Counted from the first letter of the stretch, positions 9,617 to 20,824 are shown. The stretch is 64,000 nt of DNA from an uncultured archaeon (GCA_964486045.1 CAZALK010000001.1:520242-584241); one strand, 5' to 3'. Program-made: numbers and translations. The notes: generated by a model not told the origin, from the sequence alone.

Positions 9617-12600
9617 TTGAGTTCAGAAAAGTTATCAAATGAAGATAAATGGATTGTTTTAAAAAGTTTATTTGATGAAAAAGGTTTAGTTCGCCAGCAT
9701 TTAGATTCATATAATGGTTTCATTGAATACGAAATGCAAGCGATAGTTGATGAGTCAGGGGAAGTTATCCCTGATATTCCCGGTTTTAAAATAAAATTTG
9801 GCAAAATCAAGGTAGGAATGCCTAAAGTGAGAGAAGCCGATGGTGCTACTATGGAGATCACCCCTATTGAAGCAAGAATACGGGAATTGAGTTATGCCGC
9901 CGATATTATATTAGAAATGACCCCGATTACGATAGATGAACGAACACAGAGAGAAGAAGCTGAAGAAACTCTTGATATATACATTGGGAAAATCCCAATA
10001 ATGTTAAAAAGTTGCCGATGCCCATTAGAGAGTTTATCCGAACAAGAATTAATTAACAAGGGAGAGGATCCACTCGATCCTGGAGGATATTTCATTATAA
10101 ATGGGACAGAACGAGTGCTTGTAACCCAGGAAGATTTAGCACCTAATAGAATATTAGCAGAAGAAGCAAGTAGAAGCTCCAGTGCTACTCATCAAGCAAA
10201 AGTCTTCTCAACTAGGAGTGGTTTTAGAGCCCCTGTTACTATTGAGAGAAAAAAGGATGGTAACCTACGAGTTTCATTTCCTTCCGTTCCTGGTAAAATT
10301 CCTTTGGCCATTCTTATGAGAGCTTTAGGATTACACTCAGATAGAGAGATTTTTGAAGCGATATCTGAAAATGAGGAAATCCAAAAGGAACTAATACCAG
10401 TAATAGATGTTGCTTCAGAAATTCAAGTTCTCAAAGATCCCGAAAAATCCCAACAAAATGCTCTTGATTATATAGGAAAAAGGGTTGCGATTGGACAAAC
10501 AAAAGACTATCGTATTAGGAGAGCTCTTCAGGTTTTAGATAGGTATTTATTACCCCATATTGGCAACAATGAAGAAGATAGGATCAAGAAAGCATATTAT
10601 TTAGGCCAGATGGCACAAAAAGTAATGGAACTTGCTCAAGGATTAAGAGAACCAGATGATAAAGATCACTACGCGAATAAAAGATTAAAACTAGCAGGAG
10701 AATTATTTACCTCCCTATTTAGAGTCGCTTTTTTGAATCTTGTAAAAGATATTAAATATCAATTAGAGAGGACTGCAGTTCGAGGGAGAGCTCCAAACAT
10801 TAAAACTGCAGTTCGAGCGGATGTAATCACAGAGAGAATTAGACATGCGTTAGCAACTGGGAACTGGGTTGGAGGTAAAGCAGGTGTGAGTCAATTACTA
10901 AATAGGACTAACCATGTTGGAACATTAAGTCATTTAAGAAGAGTTATTTCTCCATTAAGTCGAAGTCAACCTCATTTTGAAGCGAGAGACTTGCACCCAA
11001 CTCAATGGGGGAAGATTTGTCCGGCAGAAACCCCTGAAGGACCAAACTGTGGTCTAGTTAAGAATCTTGGATTAGCCTCAATAATTTCTGTTGGAACTGA
11101 TGAGAGAATAATTGAAAATATTCTAATCGATTTAGGAGTCATCCCAATAAATGAAGTAAAGAATGTTAAAGGAGAAAAGGTAAAAGTATTTCTAAATGGA
11201 AAACTTGTTGGTGTTCATCAACAGCATAACCCTTTTATAAAACAACTTAGAGAAAAAAGAAGAAAAGGAGAAATAGGACAGCATGTAAACCTTGGATTTT
11301 ACTATGACTCAAAAGAGATTCAAATTAATTGTGATGCTGGAAGAGCTACGAGACCACTTTTTGTATTAAAAAATAAAAAACTATTGATTGTTAAGGATGA
11401 TATCGAAAAATTAAAACATGATAAATATAAATGGTCAGATTTAGTTTTAAAAGGTGTAATTGAATATTTAGACGCTGAAGAAGAAGAAAACGCGTATATA
11501 GCCATGTTTGAAGAAGATTTAACAGCAGAACATACTCATTTAGAAATCTCACCTGCTGCTATTCTTGGTATTTGCGCATCTATCATTCCTTTTCCAGAAC
11601 ATAATCAATCACCAAGAAATACTTATGAAGCCGGGATGGTTAAACAAGCTTTAGGCTTATTCGCCGCAAACATGCATCTAAGACTTGACACAAGAGGCCA
11701 TACATTACATTATCCTCAACAAGCATTAGTAAAAACAAGCCCAATGGAGATAATAGGAATCAATAAACGCCCAGCAGGACAGAATTTTATAATTGCGATG
11801 ATGAGTTTTGAAGGATTTAATATTGAAGATGCTATAATTATTAATAAAGCCTCAATTGAGAGAGGACTTGCTCGTAGCCACTTTTTTAGAACATATGATG
11901 CCGAGGAAAGGAAGTATCCGGGGGGAGAAGTTGATAAGTTTGAGATTCCTGAAAGAGGAGTTAGAGGATTTAAATCTGCAGAATCATATCGCCTTTTATC
12001 GGAAGAAGATGGAATAATTGAACCTGAAACCCAAGTAAATGGAGGAGATGTTCTAATTGGAAGAACTTCACCACCAAGATTTATTAAATCTTATGAAGAA
12101 TTTGAGCTCATGCAACCAAATAGAAGAGAAACCTCGAAGAATATGAGACATAATGAGAAAGGAATCGTAGATACAGTGATAATTTCCGAAACTGTTGATG
12201 GAAATAAATTAGTTAAGATTAAAGCAAGAGACTTAAGAATTCCAGAATTGGGAGATAAATTTTCTTCTCGTCATGGTCAAAAAGGAGTACTTGGATTAGT
12301 AGTAGAACAATCCGATATGCCATTCACCTCATCGGGTGTAATTCCGGATATTATAGTAAATCCACATGCGATGCCGTCAAGAATGACTTTAGGACAATTG
12401 TTTGAGGGTATAAGTGGTAAAATTGCGTGTGTTAACGGAAAACTAGGTGATGCTACCGCATTTGAATGGACAGACATTACAATACTTCAAGAGCATTTAG
12501 TGGATGCAGGATTTGAATTTAATGGGAGAGAGGTTATGTATAATGGGATAACTGGTGAAAAATATGAAGCTGGTATTTATTGTGCTCCCATATATTATCA

Positions 12601-12988
12601 GAAACTTTATCATTTAGTTGCTGATAAACTCCATGCTAGAGCTCGCGGACCTGTTCAAATATTAACTAGACAACCCACAGAAGGAAGGGCTAGAGAAGGA
12701 GGTTTAAGATTCGGTGAGATGGAGAGAGATTGCCTTGTCGGTCATGGTTCAGCTCTACTTCTAAAAGAAAGATTATTAGATGAATCGGATCGAACTGTAA
12801 TATTAGTTTGTGAAAAATGTGGACTTTTAGCTGTTTATGATAGAAATCGTGATAAACGTTACTGTCCTGTCTGTGGAGAAGGGACAATCATTTCAAAGGT
12901 GGTTTGTTCTTACGCGTTTAAATTACTATTGCAAGAAATGATGAGTTTAGGACTTGCTCCAAGACTTAAATTAAAAGAAAAAATATAA
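9617..12988 (+). CDS. rpo2: RNA polymerase subunit Rpo2 (B), unsplit
   Basis: GGYFIINGTERV, ETPEGPNCGL, GDKFSSRHGQKG, GGLRFGEMERD motifs. Confidence 0.99.
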   Translation: MSSEKLSNEDKWIVLKSLFDEKGLVRQHLDSYNGFIEYEMQAIVDESGEVIPDIPGFKIKFGKIKVGMPKVREADGATMEITPIEARIRELSYAADIILEMTPITIDERTQREEAEETLDIYIGKIPIMLKSCRCPLESLSEQELINKGEDPLDPGGYFIINGTERVLVTQEDLAPNRILAEEASRSSSATHQAKVFSTRSGFRAPVTIERKKDGNLRVSFPSVPGKIPLAILMRALGLHSDREIFEAISENEEIQKELIPVIDVASEIQVLKDPEKSQQNALDYIGKRVAIGQTKDYRIRRALQVLDRYLLPHIGNNEEDRIKKAYYLGQMAQKVMELAQGLREPDDKDHYANKRLKLAGELFTSLFRVAFLNLVKDIKYQLERTAVRGRAPNIKTAVRADVITERIRHALATGNWVGGKAGVSQLLNRTNHVGTLSHLRRVISPLSRSQPHFEARDLHPTQWGKICPAETPEGPNCGLVKNLGLASIISVGTDERIIENILIDLGVIPINEVKNVKGEKVKVFLNGKLVGVHQQHNPFIKQLREKRRKGEIGQHVNLGFYYDSKEIQINCDAGRATRPLFVLKNKKLLIVKDDIEKLKHDKYKWSDLVLKGVIEYLDAEEEENAYIAMFEEDLTAEHTHLEISPAAILGICASIIPFPEHNQSPRNTYEAGMVKQALGLFAANMHLRLDTRGHTLHYPQQALVKTSPMEIIGINKRPAGQNFIIAMMSFEGFNIEDAIIINKASIERGLARSHFFRTYDAEERKYPGGEVDKFEIPERGVRGFKSAESYRLLSEEDGIIEPETQVNGGDVLIGRTSPPRFIKSYEEFELMQPNRRETSKNMRHNEKGIVDTVIISETVDGNKLVKIKARDLRIPELGDKFSSRHGQKGVLGLVVEQSDMPFTSSGVIPDIIVNPHAMPSRMTLGQLFEGISGKIACVNGKLGDATAFEWTDITILQEHLVDAGFEFNGREVMYNGITGEKYEAGIYCAPIYYQKLYHLVADKLHARARGPVQILTRQPTEGRAREGGLRFGEMERDCLVGHGSALLLKERLLDESDRTVILVCEKCGLLAVYDRNRDKRYCPVCGEGTIISKVVCSYAFKLLLQEMMSLGLAPRLKLKEKI

Positions 12989-13123
12989 AACAATATTTTT
13001 TTTTTAAAATTCAAACACTACTGACTTATTTGCTTAAGAAATTTGAAATTTATTACAAAATTTCATACTTTATGATTAATAAAAAGAAAAAAATAAGTTA
13101 TAATTTTTAATTATTTACTATTA

Positions 13124-13549
13124 TTAATTTAATACGAATCCAAGAAAGTTAGCAAGTCCTGGTATCAGAGTATATAATAGGAATAAAACAAACAATGTGA
13201 GTAATGAAATCCATAACGCTTTATCCCAAGCAACGTCTAAAAGAAATTTAACAAGTACCAATATAATAAGAAAACCAATTATTGGTATTAAAAGTGTTAA
13301 ATAATTACCATCACTCCATGGGATATTATCAAAAACTCCAAATACAGAACCTATTGCACCTAAAACTAATGGAATCACAAGTACACATATGAAAGCCAAC
13401 AGAATAATTAAAAACTTTTTGTCTGAGGCTTTAGTCTTCGAAACAATAAGCAATACAGCAATATAAAGAATTAGTGTTACTATTACTGTTGCTAAAATGA
13501 GCCATAATACAAAAAAAAGTGGATCCCCTTGAAATAATTGAAATAACAT
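13124..13549 (-). CDS. Hypothetical 4-TM membrane protein (weak Yip1-like C-terminus)
   Basis: Four hydrophobic helices; ends ..LLDVAWDKALWISLL. Confidence 0.7.
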   Translation of the reverse strand: MLFQLFQGDPLFFVLWLILATVIVTLILYIAVLLIVSKTKASDKKFLIILLAFICVLVIPLVLGAIGSVFGVFDNIPWSDGNYLTLLIPIIGFLIILVLVKFLLDVAWDKALWISLLTLFVLFLLYTLIPGLANFLGFVLN

Positions 13550-13668
13550 TTTGCTCTCCTTTATTTTAATGAATTAACTTATGAAATTTTAATTATGAAA
13601 TGTAAGCTTTTCTTCTTTTTTAAATATTAAGTTTATAAAGTAAGTATTCCCACGTTTAGCTGAGAGAA

Positions 13669-13869
13669 TTAAATACCAAAATTTAGCAAGAAGAAGTGAA
13701 TGGAGAATCCGATAAATATCGCAGATATTAAAATATTAATAACTGATAGTCGAACGGATTTCTCTCTCCCATATCTAGTATAAATTACCAAAACTATTAA
13801 AGCGATTAATCCGATAAAAAGAAAAATCCACGCTAAAACCCATAATGTTAAAGAAGGAAATTCAGCCAT
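13669..13869 (-). CDS. Small 2-TM protein, probable Ost5/TMEM258-like oligosaccharyltransferase subunit
   Basis: 66 aa; FPSLT, TRYGR and FIGFSIHFFLLNFGI align by eye with recalled TMEM258 segments FPHLT, TKYTR and FMGFGVLFLLLWVGI. Confidence 0.6.
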   Translation of the reverse strand: MAEFPSLTLWVLAWIFLFIGLIALIVLVIYTRYGREKSVRLSVINILISAIFIGFSIHFFLLNFGI

Positions 13870-14022
13870 TTGCGGTAGTATATCAATTTTTTTTCTTGTA
13901 TTTTAAAGTTATGAATTATTTTTTTTTAATTTTATGATTAATAAAATTTAAAACTATTTTCTTTTGATATTTAATAAACAAAACTAATAATAATTTTCAA
14001 TAAAATTGCTTCAATAATAAAA

Positions 14023-14799
14023 ATGCATTTTCTTAAAAAATTAACAGAATCTCCAGTTTTGGAAGATCCAGCACAAAAACATATTGATGTTCATCGTCAT
14101 TTTTATCGATACTCAAAAGGAGAATTTATTGGCCCGGCGCTAAAAATAACAAAATCTAGTGCCCGTATAACTTTAAAGGGGAGTCACGAATATGAGGATC
14201 TAATTCTTGAAGTAGCTACTAACACTATTTCTGAAGATGATGTCGAAATAAAAGGGACTTTAATATCAGGGAGTGACATCAGTAATTTGATTACTAATTT
14301 AGGATTTGATTGGAATTTAAAAAAATCGACTGGGAAGACAAAGAATTATAAAGCAAATATTTTGAGTAAAACTAGTAAAGGAACACTTTTAGAAAGCATT
14401 GATGCTTTTAGAAAAACTAGTTATTATTTGATTTCTTTCAATCTAAATCCTTTATGTAAAGTAACGACAAAAAAGAAAATTCCTCAACCTTCTAAAAAAA
14501 AAGTAGAGGATGATGACCTAACCAAGAGAATCGGATTCTGCACTGGTATTATCAATAATAGCGAGAAGAACTTGAGTATGCTAACTAATTTAACTTTGCA
14601 TGACTTTGTGTCAGAAATTCCCCAAAAATGGAAAAAGATCATAATCTTGAATAATTATAAAATAACTGATATTATCCTACCTGACCATATAGATAATTGG
14701 GGATTAAAACGGATACTAGCAATTAGGAAAGGCAAACTCTTTCGTTCAATGGATATTGATGGTGAAGTATTAGAAAAACAATATTCCTTTTCCGTCTAA
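14023..14799 (+). CDS. Hypothetical protein
   Basis: 258-aa ORF with genome-typical composition, ATG start, directly upstream of tfe. Confidence 0.75.
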   Translation: MHFLKKLTESPVLEDPAQKHIDVHRHFYRYSKGEFIGPALKITKSSARITLKGSHEYEDLILEVATNTISEDDVEIKGTLISGSDISNLITNLGFDWNLKKSTGKTKNYKANILSKTSKGTLLESIDAFRKTSYYLISFNLNPLCKVTTKKKIPQPSKKKVEDDDLTKRIGFCTGIINNSEKNLSMLTNLTLHDFVSEIPQKWKKIIILNNYKITDIILPDHIDNWGLKRILAIRKGKLFRSMDIDGEVLEKQYSFSV

Positions 14800-14896
14800 T
14801 ATAGAATTATTAGTTTTCTTATTAATTTTTAAAAAAATTTAATTTCAATAAAAGATATTTATTTATCAATTTAAAACTATGAACTGAACGAGGTAA

Positions 14897-15478
14897 ATGT
14901 ACATTAAAGAATTAAATCCCCCGTTAAAAAGTCTTCTATACATAATTGGTGGGGAGATCGCGATTTATGTGGGAGTAGAACTCTTAAATTCTGAATCTAA
15001 AAACATAACCGATGAGGATATTACAGAAAATATTAAAGAAAAGATTGAAGGTAAGGATATTGATTTTGAACCCAACGATAAAGAAATTTTAAAATTAAAT
15101 TCCGTGCGAAAAACGCTCTATAAATTGTATTCTGAAAAATTAGCTCAATTTAGACGCATACGAGATAAATCTACGGGATGGTTTATTTATTACTGGTGGC
15201 ATGAATTCGATTTGCTCGAAGAAATTCTTATCGAAAAAAAAAAAAGGTTAGATGCCAAATTAAGAGAGAGATTAAGTTTTGAAGAGAATAATTATTTTTT
15301 CTATTGCACCTCTTGTCAAAATAAAAATAAAAAATATAATTTTGATGAAGCTTTTGAGCTTAACTTTAGATGCCCTGATTGTGGAAACCCCTTAGAAGCT
15401 CAAGATAACAAGAAAATTATTGATTTCTTAAAAAGTAGGATCGCTTTGAGTCAGAAAATCAAAATCTCAATAGATTAA
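14897..15478 (+). CDS. tfe: Transcription factor E (TFE-alpha)
   Basis: VRKTLYKL, RDKSTGWFIYYW and Zn ribbon FRCPDCG. Confidence 0.95.
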   Translation: MYIKELNPPLKSLLYIIGGEIAIYVGVELLNSESKNITDEDITENIKEKIEGKDIDFEPNDKEILKLNSVRKTLYKLYSEKLAQFRRIRDKSTGWFIYYWWHEFDLLEEILIEKKKRLDAKLRERLSFEENNYFFYCTSCQNKNKKYNFDEAFELNFRCPDCGNPLEAQDNKKIIDFLKSRIALSQKIKISID

Positions 15479-15551
15479 ATGAGGGCAGTAAGGTTAAAAT
15501 TTTGTTGTTTATTTAAACATAAGAAATTATAAGTTAATTTTAAGTTATTTC

Positions 15552-17576
15552 ATGAATCGAAAAAATCGTCTTGGTACATGTACAAAAGATTGTTATGGGG
15601 CTTGTGTGTTTAATGGATTATGGAATGATGACGCTCAAGAAAAAAAGTTCTTGAGTGCTGACCCTTTAAGGACTCATCCTTTTACTAATGGATTTTTCTG
15701 TCCTAAGTATAAACGAAGACAAGATTTATTATATCATTCAAAACGCATAAAAAAACCATTACTTAGAAATGGAATAAAACCTAAAAATAGTTTTAAAATT
15801 ATCTCGTCTAACAGAGCATTAGACATAATAGTCAAAGAAGTAACAGAAATTAAAGAACATGGGGATCCAAAATCAATTATTGGCGCATTTTATTCTGGAA
15901 ATTCAGGATTAATATCAATGTATTCACCTCTTAGATTTTTTTCAAAGTTGGGAGCTACAATAACTAATGGCGGTATCTGCAATGAAGGAGGATGCGCAGG
16001 ATTAACAAAATTATTTGGTACGCATTCAGTGTCCAATCCCTTTCAAATAAATGATCCCGCTACTAGCTTAATTGTGGTTTGGGGGAGTAATCTTTCAGAG
16101 AGTAATATTCATGCCTACTTTTTGTTGAAACAAGCTATAAAAAATAAAACCAAGTTGGTAGTTATTGATTCTCGATTCACTCAAATCGCAAAGAAATCAG
16201 ATTGTTTTCTTCATATCTTCCCTGGAACTGAACATTTATTAGCTAAACTATTAATCAACGCGCTTTTTAAGCGGAATGAACACGATCTTAAATTCTTAAA
16301 AGAGAATGTTGATCATTATTTATCAATATTTTCAAAATTAGATGACTTAGATGAAAAAGCATTAATATCTCAAATTGGTATTAATTTTAACTTATATCAG
16401 GAGTTTGTTGATCTATTAGTTGAACATAAACATCATACACTATTCATGATCGGTTATGGAGTTCAGAAGGATTTTTATGGTGGAAGAATAGTTCAATCCA
16501 TAGTATCGATTCAAATCTTACTTGGAAATCTTGCCAAACGAGGAACGGGTATAATTTACTCTCAGAGTGACTTCATAAACCCTACTCTCAAGCCAATTTT
16601 AGAATATATTACTCAATCTACACTCCATTCTAGTTTAAATGAAATTCCTGTAATTAAACTTGGTGATGCTTTATCTTCCGGGGATTATAAAATATTATTT
16701 GTATACAATTTTAATCCAGCAAGCGCTCTACCTAATCAAAACGCATTCAGGGAAGCTCTTTTAATGAAAGATTTATTTGTAGTAGTATTAGATATGTTTT
16801 TAAACGAAACAACTAAATATGCCGATGTTGTAATTCCAGCAAAATTTGATCTAGAATTATATGATATAATCAAGCCATATTATATACCAAGTTTATCCAT
16901 AAACATTGGGGGGCCTTGTCCTTATCTAGATTGCATGTCGAATTATGAATTTTTTCAACAATTAGCCCAAAGAATTGGGTATGAAAATTCACCAGTTTTC
17001 AAAGAAACACAAGAGATAATATTCAATAAGTCTCTAGATCTGCTACCATCTACGATTAGTAATAATCTTCTTGCTAATGGTTATCATTTGTTATTTAGCC
17101 AAGAACAGATTCCCTTTAGTGATCTTGAATTTCCTACTCCAAATCACAAAATTCAAGTTAGAAATTTAAGTTTTGATTTTGGTAAAGATTTTTTATTTCT
17201 GAAATTAAACCGTAAATCAGATGAATTCATCTTAATTTCACCTTCCCACCCTCACCTTTTGCATTCTCAATTAGGTCGATTAAATACTAAATATTGTAAA
17301 GATTTTAACAAAATTTTTTTAACTCCTGAAGATATTGGCATACTGGAACTAAAAGTGGGAGATGATGTAGTAGTATCGAATGAGTATGGCTCTGACCATT
17401 ATAATCTAGCAGAATTCAAGACTTTAAAACCTGGAACTGCCCTTATTTATTCAGGGGGTGCTTCGCCTAATGAAGAAAGGCCGAATGTGAACCTCTTTAC
17501 CCCAGATGTTCCTGAGGAGTTAGGTCAATCAGGATCCTATTACTCTACTATAATCAAAGTTCGAAAAATAAACTAA
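15552..17576 (+). CDS. Molybdopterin-dependent oxidoreductase (DMSO reductase superfamily)
   Basis: N-terminal CTKDCYGAC..C Fe-S motif, WGSN, ETTKYADVVIPA, C-terminal MPT-binding domain. Confidence 0.9.
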   Translation: MNRKNRLGTCTKDCYGACVFNGLWNDDAQEKKFLSADPLRTHPFTNGFFCPKYKRRQDLLYHSKRIKKPLLRNGIKPKNSFKIISSNRALDIIVKEVTEIKEHGDPKSIIGAFYSGNSGLISMYSPLRFFSKLGATITNGGICNEGGCAGLTKLFGTHSVSNPFQINDPATSLIVVWGSNLSESNIHAYFLLKQAIKNKTKLVVIDSRFTQIAKKSDCFLHIFPGTEHLLAKLLINALFKRNEHDLKFLKENVDHYLSIFSKLDDLDEKALISQIGINFNLYQEFVDLLVEHKHHTLFMIGYGVQKDFYGGRIVQSIVSIQILLGNLAKRGTGIIYSQSDFINPTLKPILEYITQSTLHSSLNEIPVIKLGDALSSGDYKILFVYNFNPASALPNQNAFREALLMKDLFVVVLDMFLNETTKYADVVIPAKFDLELYDIIKPYYIPSLSINIGGPCPYLDCMSNYEFFQQLAQRIGYENSPVFKETQEIIFNKSLDLLPSTISNNLLANGYHLLFSQEQIPFSDLEFPTPNHKIQVRNLSFDFGKDFLFLKLNRKSDEFILISPSHPHLLHSQLGRLNTKYCKDFNKIFLTPEDIGILELKVGDDVVVSNEYGSDHYNLAEFKTLKPGTALIYSGGASPNEERPNVNLFTPDVPEELGQSGSYYSTIIKVRKIN

Positions 17577-17638
17577 AAAAAGAGAATGCATCAAAACTGA
17601 TATGTGGATTAACGGCATGTAATGAATATAATTTATAT

Positions 17639-18187
17639 TCATATATCTGAGTCTTTCCTCTTTTTTTTTATAAAAGCAATATCTCCTAAGGAACCTCCTG
17701 ATGATTTTTTCATGAATTTATTCTCTTGAATATTGAAACCCATCTCATCTGGTTTTGTTAATAATTGTATTTTGTAAATTTTTTGAATTTTTTTAGCGAG
17801 CTTGACCGTCGGTTCAGCTTTTCCATTTTCGATTCTTCTAATTAAGGATGGTTTTTCATTCAATTTCTGAGCAAACTGATCTTGGTTCAGACCAAGGCTA
17901 TTTCTAGCATTTCTAACTCTTTTAGCATAATCTGAAACAATTTCTAATTCTCCAATAGTCTGAGATTTAATTATGTGTCTTTTGGGTGCAGAATAAGGTT
18001 TTTTTTTAACTGGGTTCTTTCCATAAGTATAAGATGCTGGTTTATGGATTTTCGTTCCATGCTGAGCACAATTATGACAAACGGTAATTCTAGCACCCTC
18101 TAAGATAACTTTTTGACCTTTTCCCCAAATTAAGCTTCCACATATTTGGCATTCCTTATCATTCTCAACAGAGGTAGGTTTTGGCAT
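17639..18187 (-). CDS. mbf1: Archaeal multiprotein bridging factor aMBF1
   Basis: CQICG..VCHNC Zn ribbon, Cro-type HTH, C-terminal SLGDI. Confidence 0.93.
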   Translation of the reverse strand: MPKPTSVENDKECQICGSLIWGKGQKVILEGARITVCHNCAQHGTKIHKPASYTYGKNPVKKKPYSAPKRHIIKSQTIGELEIVSDYAKRVRNARNSLGLNQDQFAQKLNEKPSLIRRIENGKAEPTVKLAKKIQKIYKIQLLTKPDEMGFNIQENKFMKKSSGGSLGDIAFIKKKRKDSDI

Positions 18188-18431
18188 TAGCTCATCTCGA
18201 GAGAAATTAATAAATGATTCTTCCTTTACTAAGAGATATTGACAGAGAACTCTTATAATTTATGGTTTTTATCCCATTATATATTATAATCAATAAATTT
18301 TTTAAAAATCATGATTTTTAACAAATAGAAGATAAGTAACCTTAAATTTATATGAATAAAAGTTTATTATAGATTTAAAGTACTTATACAAGATTTTATT
18401 TATAAATGAGAAAAGAAGGAGCATATGGTTT

Positions 18432-19640
18432 TTGACTACAACAAAGGAAAAGAAAAAGAGGGAAGAGACAAAAGATGGGGAGTATCTAATTACATATACT
18501 CGACATCTGGAAAAAAGATTAAGAAATTTAGAAACTGAAAAACAACTTTTGGATGCTGAAAGACTTAGATTAGAACAAGAACTCCACAGTTTAAGAAATG
18601 AAATTGATCGGTTAAGGGAACCCCCTTTAGTTTCTGCAACTATAATTGACTTCATAGATGATAAAGGAAGAGCAATAGTAAAAAGCTCAACTGGTCCAAG
18701 CTTTGTTGTAAATGCAAGCAGAAAAGTAAAGAATGAAAAATTAACCCCAGGAATGAGGGTGGCTTTAAATCAAAGAACGTTTGCAATTATGGAAGTATTA
18801 CCTACAAAACTGGATCCTTTTGTTAAAGGGATGGAAGTAATTGATTCAATTCCAGATATCTCCTACCCTGATGTTGGAGGTTTGAAGGATCAATTACAAG
18901 AAGTTAGGGAAACTGTCGAATTACCCCTTAAAAAACCAGAACTTTTCGAAAGGATTGGTATTGAGCCTCCTAAAGGTGTTTTATTATACGGACCTCCGGG
19001 TACAGGAAAAACCCTATTAGCAAAAGCTGTTGCCCATGAAACGGAAGCTACATTTATACGGATTATTGGGTCTGAATTGGTACAAAAATTCATAGGTGAA
19101 GGAGCTCGATTAGTAAGGGAAATTTTTAATATGGCAAAAGAAAAAGCCCCAACAATATTGTTTATTGATGAATTGGATGCCATTGGCTCTCAAAGATTAA
19201 AAATCGCCACATCGGGAGATAGAGAAGTTCAGAGAACTTTAATGCAACTATTAAGTGAATTAGACGGTTTTGAAATGAGAGGAGATGTTAAAATAATTGG
19301 TGCAACAAACAGGGTTGATATATTAGATCCCGCGTTGTTAAGACCAGGAAGATTTGATAGAATGATCGAGTTTCCGATACCAAATGAAGAAGCAAGAAAA
19401 GCTATTTTTAAGATTCATACTAGAAGATTAAATGTTGAAGAAAAAATTGACATTAACAAACTAGTAAGTTTAACTGAAGGTGCGACTGGAGCGGATATAA
19501 AAGCAATCGCCACTGAAGCGGGTATGTTTGCAATTAGAAAAGAGGCAGAGAAAATAATTAGTAAAGATTTCATTGATGCTATTGATAAAGTTATGAAAAA
19601 AGTTAGAGACCAATGTGTTGATTCACGACTATACTCATAA
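18432..19640 (+). CDS. pan: Proteasome-activating nucleotidase
   Basis: Coiled coil, OB domain, [21 protein letters not shown]; C-terminal HbYX motif (LYS). Confidence 0.97.
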   Translation: MTTTKEKKKREETKDGEYLITYTRHLEKRLRNLETEKQLLDAERLRLEQELHSLRNEIDRLREPPLVSATIIDFIDDKGRAIVKSSTGPSFVVNASRKVKNEKLTPGMRVALNQRTFAIMEVLPTKLDPFVKGMEVIDSIPDISYPDVGGLKDQLQEVRETVELPLKKPELFERIGIEPPKGVLLYGPPGTGKTLLAKAVAHETEATFIRIIGSELVQKFIGEGARLVREIFNMAKEKAPTILFIDELDAIGSQRLKIATSGDREVQRTLMQLLSELDGFEMRGDVKIIGATNRVDILDPALLRPGRFDRMIEFPIPNEEARKAIFKIHTRRLNVEEKIDINKLVSLTEGATGADIKAIATEAGMFAIRKEAEKIISKDFIDAIDKVMKKVRDQCVDSRLYS

Positions 19641-19701
19641 TAATTAGAGATTAAAACTTATTTATACTTTTATTACTTCTTTTAATTTTAATAATTTTTA
19701 G

Positions 19702-20205
19702 TTGCTATCACTAATGGAAAACAAACTTTTACTAGGCTTAAGACAAGCTAAAGCGATTACAGATTATCAATTTGGACAAGATATTACAAATTTACTCTTT
19801 AAAAATATAGAAAAAATCCTTATTAAGAGATCCCCTGCTACTCAAAAAATGCGATATATTTTTTTAGAAAATAATTTAATACTTACACTACGACCTAATA
19901 ATGGTTTCTTTACGTTAAGTATGCATTCGGCTCATATTATTATAAAAAATATAGCACCACCAAAGTTGAGAGTTATTGTTTTAAATGAGATTTCAGAGTT
20001 TATCAAAAAAGGTAGGAATGTTTTCTGTAAACACGTAATTGATGTTGATAGGAACTTAAGACCCTTAGATGAAGTTATTGTAGTTAATCAAGACGATGAA
20101 ATATTAGCTATTGGGCGGTTGAAATTGCCAATAACTTATATCATTTCATTTTCAAGAGGAGTTGCAGTAAAAGTTCGGAAAGGAGTTAATAAATTAAAAA
20201 TTTAA
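19702..20205 (+). CDS. PUA-domain protein (resembles stand-alone C-terminal part of archaeosine TGT)
   Basis: DYQFG, GRNVFCKHV, DEVIVVN..AIGR, GVAVKVR. Confidence 0.85.
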   Translation: MLSLMENKLLLGLRQAKAITDYQFGQDITNLLFKNIEKILIKRSPATQKMRYIFLENNLILTLRPNNGFFTLSMHSAHIIIKNIAPPKLRVIVLNEISEFIKKGRNVFCKHVIDVDRNLRPLDEVIVVNQDDEILAIGRLKLPITYIISFSRGVAVKVRKGVNKLKI

Positions 20206-20247
20206 ATTGCAATTAATTATATATTTATATAATAAATACTCTCGAAA

Positions 20248-20739
20248 GTGAAAATCTTGGTAAAGTTACCAAAAGAAATGCAAGATAAAGTGAAAAGTAA
20301 ACCTAAACGCTCTCAAACTGTCAAAAAAAGAGAAGGTGCTCAATTCGGATCAAGGCAGATGAGGAGAAGAATGCAACAACAAGGTGTTGAGATGGACCAA
20401 ATTGAGGCAACTAGAGTTATAATCGAAGGAACAGAGAAAACTTTGGTACTAGAACAACCCGAAGTTATCCTCATGAAACAAGCAGGTCAGGAGATATATC
20501 AAGTAATAGGACAAGCAGAAGAACATAATTCAGATGCTATAACCATCATGTCTGATCATGAATCTGAAGGTGGAGATGTATTAGAATCTACAGAAATTAA
20601 ACCTACTATAACTGAGAATGATATTATGTTAGTTGCCACTCAAGCAAATGTAGATAAAAAAGAAGCGGAAGTTATACTAAATGAATGTAATGGAGATATT
20701 GCGAAAGCAATATTATTTTTAAAAAATAGAATAAAATAA
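20248..20739 (+). CDS. nac: Nascent polypeptide-associated complex protein
   Basis: RQMRRRMQQQG, YQVIG and C-terminal UBA-like DIMLVATQA..GDIAKAI. Confidence 0.93.
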   Translation: MKILVKLPKEMQDKVKSKPKRSQTVKKREGAQFGSRQMRRRMQQQGVEMDQIEATRVIIEGTEKTLVLEQPEVILMKQAGQEIYQVIGQAEEHNSDAITIMSDHESEGGDVLESTEIKPTITENDIMLVATQANVDKKEAEVILNECNGDIAKAILFLKNRIK

Positions 20740-20824
20740 AGTCACTTCTTCTGGATCAAGAAATAATAAAAAATAAGAATCATCAAATTTTTAATATTAA
20801 AAAAGAAGACTAATTGATTAAGAA

